Origin: a virus | Lineage: Duplodnaviria > Caudoviricetes | Strand: one strand, 5' to 3' | DNA length: 54,659 nt | Virus record (IMG/VR): IMGVR_UViG_3300033997_000276 | Location: 1 to 54,659 of that record | Shown: positions 47,051 through 54,659 of the stretch, piece after piece | Numbering within the stretch: the first letter of the stretch is position 1 | Layout: every line of letters begins with the position of its first letter | Notes under the pieces: model-generated | Told to the model about the DNA's origin: nothing | Seen by the model: the letters and a program-made list of their open reading frames with translations, nothing else | Databases searched by the model: none | Made by a program: the position numbers and the translations under genes

Positions 47051-48654
47051 TCGTAGATAACTTTGCAGGCGGTGGCGGTGCCTCCACTGGCATGGCTTGG
47101 GCACTGGGTCGCAGCGTGGATATTGCAATCAATCACGACCCTGATGCCATTGCAATGCACTCAGCCAACCATCCCGAAACGCTGCACTATTGCGAATCGG
47201 TGTTTGATGTTGATCCAGTTAAAGCCACTGCAGGTAAGCCAGTTAATGTGGCATGGTTTAGCCCTGACTGCACTCATTTTTCCAAGGCCCGTGGTGATAC
47301 TCCAGTAAAAAAAGAAATACGCGGATTGGCTTGGATCACCATTCGTTGGATCTTGAGAACCCGCCCGAAATTAATCCCATTAGAAAATGTTGAGGAATTT
47401 AAAACGTGGGGGCCGTTGATTGGTGAAGGTTCACAAAATCAACGCCCCGATCCTGCTCGCAAAGGTGAAACGTTTGAAGCCTTCAAAGCCATGCTTACTA
47501 CTGGTGTCGATGCTGATCACCCTGCTTTAGCTGAGTGCGTTGAAACCTTAGGGTTAACTCATTCAGATAGATATAAGTTGATAAAAGGGCTCGGCTATAA
47601 AGTTGAATTTCGTGAGCTACGCGCCCGTGACTATGGCGCCCCAACTATCCGTAAACGCCTAATTATGATTGCCCGTTGTGATGGTCGGCCGATTGTGTGG
47701 CCAGAACCGACACATGGTGCCCCGCATGATCATCGGGTTATTCGTGGTGAATTAAAGCCGTGGGTGACAACGGCTGAAAAAATTGATTTTTCTTTGCCGT
47801 GCCCAAGCATTTTTATGACCAAAGAAGAAGCGAAACAGCAAGGGCTTAACGTTAAACGCCCTTTAGCTGACGCGACATTAAAACGTGTTGCCATCGGCAC
47901 GATTAAGCATGTTTTAGAAAACCCTAACCCATTTATTATTGAGATCGCCAACTGGTCAAGCAAAGGTACTAAGAGCGTTAACGAGCCCATTAAAACAATC
48001 ACCGCCTATCCTAAAGGCGGTGCATTTGCTCTTGCTGCACCGGTTATGGTTCAGGCTAACGGTGGATTTAATACCACCCATGCTTACTCAATTGAAGAAC
48101 CCTGCAGCACGATAACCAACACAGGCAGCCAGCAGCAAATAGTCTCGGCCTTTATGGTTCACTTGCGTAAAAACATCAAGCCAACTTCTTTAAGTGACCC
48201 GATGCCAACTATTACTGCAGGCGGTACACACCATGCTGAGGTCAGGTTAACTCTTGTTGCACCAGGCGACAGCGGTTTAACGGCAGAGCAAGAAGCTGGC
48301 GCCGTGCAAGTCAGCGCGTTTTTAATGCGTTATTACTCAAACGGTGGCCAATGGAGTTCACTCAACGAGCCATTAGCCACTATCACCACTAAAGAGCGTA
48401 TTGCGTTAGTCACCGTCACTTGGAATAACAAAACCATGGTGATTGTGGATATTGGCTTAAGGATGCTTACGGCTCGAGAGCTATTCTGCCTGCAAGGCTT
48501 TCCTGATGACTACATCATTGAGGGCTATAACGGCAAAACCAACAAAACTCAGCAGGTCGCAAGGTGCGGCAATTCGGTACCGCCGCAATTTGCAGAAGCC
48601 ATTCTCCGCGTGAATCTCCCCGAGATTTGCACACAAACCGCCAAAGCAGCATAG
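47038..48654 (+). CDS. C5 cytosine methyltransferase
   Basis: DNFAGGGG, SPDC, ENVEEF, RKRL, LRML..QGFP, GNSVPP. Confidence 0.92.
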   Translation: MRGLIVDNFAGGGGASTGMAWALGRSVDIAINHDPDAIAMHSANHPETLHYCESVFDVDPVKATAGKPVNVAWFSPDCTHFSKARGDTPVKKEIRGLAWITIRWILRTRPKLIPLENVEEFKTWGPLIGEGSQNQRPDPARKGETFEAFKAMLTTGVDADHPALAECVETLGLTHSDRYKLIKGLGYKVEFRELRARDYGAPTIRKRLIMIARCDGRPIVWPEPTHGAPHDHRVIRGELKPWVTTAEKIDFSLPCPSIFMTKEEAKQQGLNVKRPLADATLKRVAIGTIKHVLENPNPFIIEIANWSSKGTKSVNEPIKTITAYPKGGAFALAAPVMVQANGGFNTTHAYSIEEPCSTITNTGSQQQIVSAFMVHLRKNIKPTSLSDPMPTITAGGTHHAEVRLTLVAPGDSGLTAEQEAGAVQVSAFLMRYYSNGGQWSSLNEPLATITTKERIALVTVTWNNKTMVIVDIGLRMLTARELFCLQGFPDDYIIEGYNGKTNKTQQVARCGNSVPPQFAEAILRVNLPEICTQTAKAA

Positions 48655-48662
48655 GAGGCAGC

Positions 48663-48899
48663 ATGAAAAACACTTTGATTGATCTAAATAATCACTTATT
48701 CGCCCAGTTGGAACGCTTGTCTGACGAAGACCTTAAAGGCGAAAACTTACGAGAAGAAATCGACCGTTCCAAATCTGTCACGCAGATATCAAGCCAGATC
48801 ATCGCCAACGCTAGATTAGCTCTAGATGCACAATTAGCAGCTAATGAGTTAACCATTGGCCGCAAACTTCCTGAAATGCTGGAGAACAAAAATGGCTAG
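48663..48899 (+). CDS. Conserved small phage protein
   Basis: MKNTLIDLNNHLFAQLERL..EEIDRSK; GGAGG SD. Confidence 0.7.
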   Translation: MKNTLIDLNNHLFAQLERLSDEDLKGENLREEIDRSKSVTQISSQIIANARLALDAQLAANELTIGRKLPEMLENKNG

Positions 48900-49683
48900 G
48901 TTTATCTATACGGCAGCAATGCTCGATTTTTTACGGGTGACTTTCCCTGAAAAATCGCTAGCAGAAACCACAAGTTTATTTAACTTTGCTTTTGGCTTAG
49001 ACAAAACTATTCAGCAAATTAAAGGCGCATGCAAAAACCACAAAATCACCTGTGGACGCAAGCAAGGCGAGCTAACAAAAGGTAAGTTACGCTGCTTCAC
49101 CAAAGAACAATTTGATTGGGTTAAACTAAAATTTAAGTCACTGACTATTAAACAAATTACGATTGAATTCAATCACAATTTCGGTACCGAAAAAACGGTT
49201 AATCAAATCCGTGCGCTTACCAAAAATCACGGCATGAAATCAGGCAGAACAGGCCGATTTGCAAAAGGCCAAAAAACGTGGAATGCAGGGATGAAAGGCT
49301 GGCAAGCTGGCGGAAATTCAACATCTACGCAGTTTAAAAAAGGCATTATCCCGCAAAACCATCGGCCTGTAGGTTCTGAGAGAATCGACAATAAAGATGG
49401 TTTTGTCATGGTTAAAGTGGCAGAGCCAAGAACATGGCGCCTAAAACATATTCTCGAGTGGGAAAAACACCACGGCCCAGTGCCAGCAGATCACAAGATC
49501 TGGTTTATCGATAACGATCGCACCAACTGCGACATTAGCAACTTAATGCTAGTCACCACAGCAGAACATGCCGTTGTCAATAAGATGGGTTTAGGCCGTG
49601 CACTACCAGAAGCTAAAGAAACCGTATTGCTGTTAGCCCGTATAAAAATGGCGACCACTAAGCGCAAACGGGAGGACGCATGA
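48892..49683 (+). CDS. HNH endonuclease with duplicated N-terminal DNA-binding repeats
   Basis: GRFAKGQKTWNAG, RPVGSERI, KHILEWEKHHGP..FIDNDRTNCDISNL. Confidence 0.85.
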   Translation: MARFIYTAAMLDFLRVTFPEKSLAETTSLFNFAFGLDKTIQQIKGACKNHKITCGRKQGELTKGKLRCFTKEQFDWVKLKFKSLTIKQITIEFNHNFGTEKTVNQIRALTKNHGMKSGRTGRFAKGQKTWNAGMKGWQAGGNSTSTQFKKGIIPQNHRPVGSERIDNKDGFVMVKVAEPRTWRLKHILEWEKHHGPVPADHKIWFIDNDRTNCDISNLMLVTTAEHAVVNKMGLGRALPEAKETVLLLARIKMATTKRKREDA

Positions 49684-49804
49684 AGCAATCAACCGCAATC
49701 CGCGAAGCGCTTAAAAAGTGGTACGCCCTGCCACGAAAACAAGCATGCTCCTGCCAACAGTTTATGAAACAACTCGCCGAAGAATTGGCAAAGGAAGGCA
49801 AGTG

Positions 49805-50727
49805 ATGACTGCTAAAGCAACCAAAGTGTGCAAGTGGAAGTATCAAGAGGGTGGTTTTGTTTTTGAATATGACACTGCTCAAGAATTAGCAAAGCTCATG
49901 TTTGAAAACTTACCTAAAGTTACAAACCCATATGATCCTGCTTGCACTGACTTTGATAATTTCAATGAAACATTATGGCAATTGCAGCGTGATAAGGATG
50001 GTGAGTGATGTTTGAGTTTACTGAAGATAAAAAAGGTTTAAGACCTAAGTATATTGGCACAATCAAACATAACGGAATTAGAAGAACGTTAATGATTCTG
50101 ATGATATTTCCACTTATTTCAGCCACTATTTTTTTGAATATTTTTGCATTTATTGGCTTTGTAATTATGGCGTTTTGGAAACTTATTTTATTAGGAACAT
50201 TCAAGATTCTTGCTTGTATGTTTCAGGCTAAAACATGGGAAGTATGGCATAAGCCAAGGCAGGTGCATGATGACTCTAAATGACCGCATGAATTTGCTTA
50301 TCGCAGAGAACGAGCAGCTTAAAGCCGAACGGCTTCAAATGCTGACTAAATTTGGTGAGTTAAATCGTGACAAGTTAAGGCTCGATCTACTTGATGATGT
50401 TAACGCTGGTTTCAATAAAGAAAAAGGCACTTTATACGGATGGGCTGTTCATTGGAACCATAACAGAATTTCTCTACATGATAGCGACCCTATGAAGAAG
50501 TCAGTTAGACAAGCAATCGATGAGTTTGCATCAAAAATAAATAAGGCAGGTGCAGCATGACTCTAAATATCGGAGAAGCGTACCAGTTTAAAGGTGTACG
50601 AGATCAAATCATCTATGTCGGTAAAGAAGGAAATTGGCACCAGTTCGAGCTTAATGGAGAGCCTGGTGTTATTTGGTGCGAGTTGTTAGATACCGACTTG
50701 CATTTAATTGAAAAGGCAGGTGCATAA
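49805..50727 (+). CDS. Run of small hypothetical genes (49805..50008; 50005..50283 membrane; 50267..50560; 50557..50727)
   Basis: Overlapping stop/start junctions; shared junction repeat. Confidence 0.55.
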
Positions 50728-50729
50728 TG
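50256..50729 (+). repeat. Gene-junction direct repeats AAGGCAGGTGCAnnATG(ACTCTAAAT)
   Basis: 50256..50281 and 50543..50568 are 24/26 identical; a shorter copy lies at 50713..50729. Confidence 0.8.
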
Positions 50730-50939
50730 TTTCAGCAAGAAATAGAAGCTATGCAGGGTAAAGTGGTGCAGCAGTTTTTCTCGCCAGCTCAACTTGCAAA
50801 AGCGTTGGGGATTGGCACAACCAAGCTATACCAACTGTTTAAGTTGGAAGACTTCCCAAAACCAACCACTAACCCGCACTTTAAAAACAAGTACAACTTT
50901 CAAGAAGTTAAAGCGTGGATTTATGAGAATGAAAAATGA
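50727..50939 (+). CDS. Excisionase / AlpA-like recombination directionality factor
   Basis: FFSPAQLAKALGIGTTKLY..DFPKP..YNFQEVKAWI; convergent with int. Confidence 0.75.
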   Translation: MFQQEIEAMQGKVVQQFFSPAQLAKALGIGTTKLYQLFKLEDFPKPTTNPHFKNKYNFQEVKAWIYENEK

Positions 50940-50944
50940 GGCCG

Positions 50945-52204
50945 TTACTGCGCGGCCTTAAGCTCAATCACGTTGTGGTAGGCTGCGGGATCTTTGAGCC
51001 GCTGCAGCTTCTGCCACCAAATTCGATATGCCTTAGCTTGTTCTTCTAAATAGTCGTAGTGATCATAAATCGACTGAATCCCGCTTAGCTTATGCCCCAG
51101 CATGGTTTCGGCCACTTCTGTAGTAGTAATCTTACTCATGTTAGTGCGCTGCGTTCTGCGCAAATCGTGCAAATACCACTCATTTAACGGCGTACCATTC
51201 AGCTTAGCCCAGGTGTTTATTGGGTTAGACATGCGTGTTGTCGCCGCCTGCGAATACACCCCGCCTTTCTCTGTCGGAAACACCAGCTCGTTAGGGCTGA
51301 GTGAAAATGCTAGCTCAAGCAATGGTACTATCTCGTCGATGATCGGCCGCAATAGCGGCCGCTGCATCTTGTACCCTGTCTTGTGGTTTTCAACCGGCAC
51401 CGTCCAGATCATCTTAGTAAAATCAAAGTGCGCTTTCTGCGCCAATCGTAATTCACCGATCCTACAGCCAAAGAATAAGGCCATAAAAACCATAATCCGG
51501 TTACCAAGGCGCTGCCGTTTTGCGTTATCAATGGCTTGCAAAATAATCTTGAGTTCGTCATCGCTAAGCGTGCGCTTACGGCTTTTGCGCGAGATATTTA
51601 AGTCCTCTTTCGACTCAATCCCCATCAACTCATTTGTGCTAATAATTCGCCGACGAACAGCCCACTTAAGCGCCCTGCGACTCACTGTTAACGTTAGATT
51701 AGTAATGGTGGGCTTCTTGGCGGCGATAGACTCAAACAAATCTAGCCACTGATGCAGAGTGACTTGTTCTACCTGCTTTTTGCCAAGCACCGGGAAAACG
51801 TTAATTTCCAGTGCGCGCAAATACTCATGCGCGGTACTGTCTTTAACGCTAGCACGGCCATCACTAAACTGTGACTTATGCCAAGCCCTAAAAACCTGCT
51901 CGACTGAGCCTTCGTTTGATACGGCCTTTGCCGCTTTATCGCGTTTGTATTCCCGCGGATCTTGGTTATCCAGTAGCAACTTGCGGTAGACTTCACACTG
52001 TTCTCTGGCTTCTTTAAGCGAGAGCAAAGGATAAGGCCCAATATCAACCCGAGCAGCCTTGCTTGCCCAGCGGTAGCGCATTTGAAATGTAATAGCGCCC
52101 TTAGCTGATACCCTGACGCTAAGGCCGTCACGATCTGCTTTCTCATAAGGCTTATCAGCGACTTTATTCAGGTTTGCTTTTAACCATGAGTCAGAAAGTG
52201 CCAT
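50945..52204 (-). CDS. int: Integrase, P4-like tyrosine recombinase
   Basis: Arm domain MALSDSWLK..DRDGLSVRV..IGPYPLLSLKEARE; GCRIGELR, HKT, HDLRRT, LGH, Y. Confidence 0.95.
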   Translation of the reverse strand: MALSDSWLKANLNKVADKPYEKADRDGLSVRVSAKGAITFQMRYRWASKAARVDIGPYPLLSLKEAREQCEVYRKLLLDNQDPREYKRDKAAKAVSNEGSVEQVFRAWHKSQFSDGRASVKDSTAHEYLRALEINVFPVLGKKQVEQVTLHQWLDLFESIAAKKPTITNLTLTVSRRALKWAVRRRIISTNELMGIESKEDLNISRKSRKRTLSDDELKIILQAIDNAKRQRLGNRIMVFMALFFGCRIGELRLAQKAHFDFTKMIWTVPVENHKTGYKMQRPLLRPIIDEIVPLLELAFSLSPNELVFPTEKGGVYSQAATTRMSNPINTWAKLNGTPLNEWYLHDLRRTQRTNMSKITTTEVAETMLGHKLSGIQSIYDHYDYLEEQAKAYRIWWQKLQRLKDPAAYHNVIELKAAQ

Positions 52205-52219
52205 AACCTTTCTCCATCT

Positions 52220-52490
52220 TGTACATGAGTCTTTCATGTACGCAAATATGTACACAAATATCAAGAATAGAATCGAACGAAAGTGAAAAACTTTTCAATG
52301 AAAAATCCATTTTTCTTAATAGTTTCAAAGAGAATTAGCGGAAAAACGTAAGACAATGAACGATACTGAAACAATAGTGTTTAAATCACTCATTAGTTAT
52401 ATCTTCAATAAAATTCTTTTTGAAAACAAGGGTTTTGTCACCTCGCATTCTGTATATTTTGTTTGCATGTACACAGCCATGTACACAGTT
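52220..52490. other. Probable attP with arm-type integrase sites
   Basis: Pairs of ATGTAC(A/G)CA at 12-bp spacing (52236/52248 and 52467/52479) flank an AT-rich ~210-bp interval next to int. Confidence 0.7.
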
Positions 52491-52636
52491 CCAAAAGTGG
52501 TATAATTATACGTTAATTGCAGTTGGTCGTACAGTGAGCCCTATTTTAATGGATATGAAACACAACAGAACATTAAAAACTGTGATAATTTAATGTTTTT
52601 AGTTACTATTTAATATTCTTATCATTTTGAATTTTA

Positions 52637-53743
52637 TTAGAAATAATCATCTTCATGTATGTATGGGATTGGCGAATTAGCCGAAGATTCTCCCCAGTAA
52701 CCAAATGCACTACCTCCGACCGGCATACTACCTGAGCCTTTGGTTAATACTCCGCAAGTGAAAGTGCCATCTGATTTAAGCCATATACCGACAGGAAAAG
52801 GGGTAAAGCTGAGCTTTGCTGCGCCGATCAATCTAGCCTGAAACATCGGCTTTTTGGTAGCGAAGTTTGGGAATTGCTGCGGATTTGAATCGCCAATTGC
52901 ATGCCAACCAACCGAGCCAGGAGGGTTTGCTAATGGTGTAGGTGAGTTAAGATATCCTCTTGGCATTTCTGGCGGGTTTGCTGAACTAAATGCCACGCCA
53001 CCATCGTCACCATAAAACGCTAACCCCCAACTTGGCAGGATTTGCAATGGTGACCCAAAGGCAATAATTCTGACTGTGCCAGATCTTGGAGGCTCTTCAT
53101 TATAGGTCGATCCAACATTATACAAACCGCCTGCTCTTAAGCACTTAACTCGCCAGTAACCTCCACTTGAATAAACGTAAGATGCCATGGCGTTGTAACC
53201 TGTATCGCTTACATAAACACTTGGCGGCGGTTCTATTGATGCAATTGCGGTTGAAACGTCAATTTCTCTATCTGCATTGGTGATTGTGTATTTAAATCGC
53301 TCTACGTTTAAGCGGTTAGCATTTGATAAGGCTACCGCTACTCCGCCATCAGAAAATAGTATCCCGTAGTTATCTGGGACATTGGATACAGGGTAATACG
53401 CATAAACATTAAATTTAACGACAGAGTTATTTAGTGGGGAGTCTGCGCCACCGTACCAAAGGCTTTGTGATAGCGTTACCCTGCCGCCATCGCACTTACT
53501 GCTAACAATGTAACCAGTGTAAACTGTGCTGCCAAAGCTGACATAAGAGCTGTGCCTAACTGCTGCTCCAGCAGGCTGAATAAAAAGCCTACAACCATTC
53601 GGTATGATAAAGTCTTGCACAACATCTGCTGAAGATAGATATTTTACGGTAAACTCAATTGTTCCTTTAAAGGCCATTGGATACCATCCGCTGGTGATAT
53701 CTATGGTCCGATCTTGAGCGTAAAGCGCTAATCCATAACTCAT
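52637..53743 (-). CDS. Tail tip accessory / possible receptor-binding protein downstream of J
   Basis: ATGA-coupled to the J stop; beta-rich with three SYGL/NYGI/SWGL-initiated segments. Confidence 0.6.
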   Translation of the reverse strand: MSYGLALYAQDRTIDITSGWYPMAFKGTIEFTVKYLSSADVVQDFIIPNGCRLFIQPAGAAVRHSSYVSFGSTVYTGYIVSSKCDGGRVTLSQSLWYGGADSPLNNSVVKFNVYAYYPVSNVPDNYGILFSDGGVAVALSNANRLNVERFKYTITNADREIDVSTAIASIEPPPSVYVSDTGYNAMASYVYSSGGYWRVKCLRAGGLYNVGSTYNEEPPRSGTVRIIAFGSPLQILPSWGLAFYGDDGGVAFSSANPPEMPRGYLNSPTPLANPPGSVGWHAIGDSNPQQFPNFATKKPMFQARLIGAAKLSFTPFPVGIWLKSDGTFTCGVLTKGSGSMPVGGSAFGYWGESSANSPIPYIHEDDYF

Positions 53744-54659
53744 ATAAGTTTGCCCAGTCTGATTTTCAGTGTGCCAGCTGCGTCATAGACATCGATTCTT
53801 TCATTGGTCATTCTCATGCGGCCTTGGCCAGCTTGATACCCGTTGATTTCGAAAAGCCCATTTTTATCTAACTTCCAACCAATTGAGTTAGCAACATAGT
53901 TTGTTGACTGGATATAGCTGCCGATCTTAGCGTTGGTGATTGTGCCATCGCCAATTACGGCACTATTAATAAATACCTGACCACCTTGGACAACGAAAGG
54001 CGTGGTAATGGTCGATGTGCCAGTAATTTGATTCACAATCGCAAATCTATCCGCAGTAAACAGTACCTGAGGTTGCATACCTGCTGGTGTGTTCTCAATA
54101 CCGATCGCCATGCCTGCGCCGTAGTATTTACCGTCTGCAGTCACCCCAACTTTTATTGAGTACATTGCTTGCAACTTGCCATCTAATTGGGCTAATGCGG
54201 TAGATGTTTGCTGTACAGCGGCAGTGTTAGCCCCTGCTGTGGCCTGCACGGTATCAATGCGCTGACCTAAGGCGCTATCAGCATTGGCGCGTGCTGTCTG
54301 CTCGGTTTGGATGGCAGCTGCGTTTTGCGTGGCCTTGGTGTTGGCTGCATCGGCGGCAGCTTGTGCGGCTGCGGCGGCGCTGGCGGCATCCGTGGCCGCT
54401 TTATCAGTGACAGCAACCCAAGCTGAGCCGTTCCAGCGTTTTGGCGTATTGGCGCTGCCTGTGGTGTCAATCCATAGGTTTTGCGCTAAGCGGTCTGCAG
54501 TGGCAGGCGCAGACGATTGAATAATCACCTTACCTTTGCCATTGGCGATCCCAGCGGCAGCGGCCGCATCAGCTTTAGCTTGATCTGCGGCAGTTTGCGC
54601 CGTTGAGGCCGCAGTGTTCGCCGATGTTGCCGAGGCCTGCACCGTACTAATATTTTGAG
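53740..54659 (-). CDS. J: Tail tip protein J, C-terminal part
   Basis: Contains the last 131-aa repeat, then YSIKVGVTADGKYYGAGMAIG..ADRFAIV..PFVVQGGQVFINSAVI..ITNAKIG; open to the window edge. Confidence 0.9.
   Translation of the reverse strand, partial: QNISTVQASATSANTAASTAQTAADQAKADAAAAAGIANGKGKVIIQSSAPATADRLAQNLWIDTTGSANTPKRWNGSAWVAVTDKAATDAASAAAAAQAAADAANTKATQNAAAIQTEQTARANADSALGQRIDTVQATAGANTAAVQQTSTALAQLDGKLQAMYSIKVGVTADGKYYGAGMAIGIENTPAGMQPQVLFTADRFAIVNQITGTSTITTPFVVQGGQVFINSAVIGDGTITNAKIGSYIQSTNYVANSIGWKLDKNGLFEINGYQAGQGRMRMTNERIDVYDAAGTLKIRLGKLI
54250..54659 (-). repeat. Third copy of the 393-bp J repeat
   Basis: 54480 onward aligns with 1 and 394 onward but is not identical to either. 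Confidence 0.9.

Noticed and set aside
51102-51989. Long + strand ORFs antisense to int, and similar ORFs opposite the tape measure and capsid genes
   Set aside because: Shadow frames with no motifs or SD sites
54480-54659. Terminal redundancy or assembly overlap with 1..180
   Set aside because: The sequences align but differ at many positions; they are different copies of the 393-bp repeat
1-54659. A second VR target elsewhere in the genome
   Set aside because: By eye, the TR core occurs only at TR and the single VR; a low-stringency self-alignment is needed to exclude a diverged copy

Overview
The window is a near-complete, circularly permuted genome of a temperate lambdoid siphophage with an HK97-type head and a lambda-type M/L/K/I/J tail tip. 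The host is a gammaproteobacterium; Shewanella is my guess from composition and is not demonstrable here. The window opens and closes inside the same tail-tip J gene, within an array of 393-bp repeats. An attP-like site sits intact next to the integrase, which suggests an excised or circular form. The best-supported special feature is a complete diversity-generating retroelement (DGR) inserted between tail genes M and L. It comprises a C-type-lectin-like target with a variable repeat (VR), a GRNA hairpin, avd, a template repeat (TR), the reverse transcriptase (RT) and a small extra ORF. TR and VR differ at 11 positions over 108 bp, all at TR adenines. The TR lies in frame at the 5' end of the RT ORF and is ATGA-coupled to avd. 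Other notable items: a 341-bp MITE-like element splitting a P22-type antirepressor; a duplicated promoter-terminator module before the lysis and I-J genes; a cos-like sequence inside the lysis cassette; a second tyrosine recombinase; three orphan DNA methyltransferases near a DGQHR protein; an Imm plus DEDDh-BRCT pair in the rex position; a long structured pL leader with boxA and no obvious N gene; and repeat-bounded micro-cassettes. All product calls come from motif recognition by eye; no database search was run.
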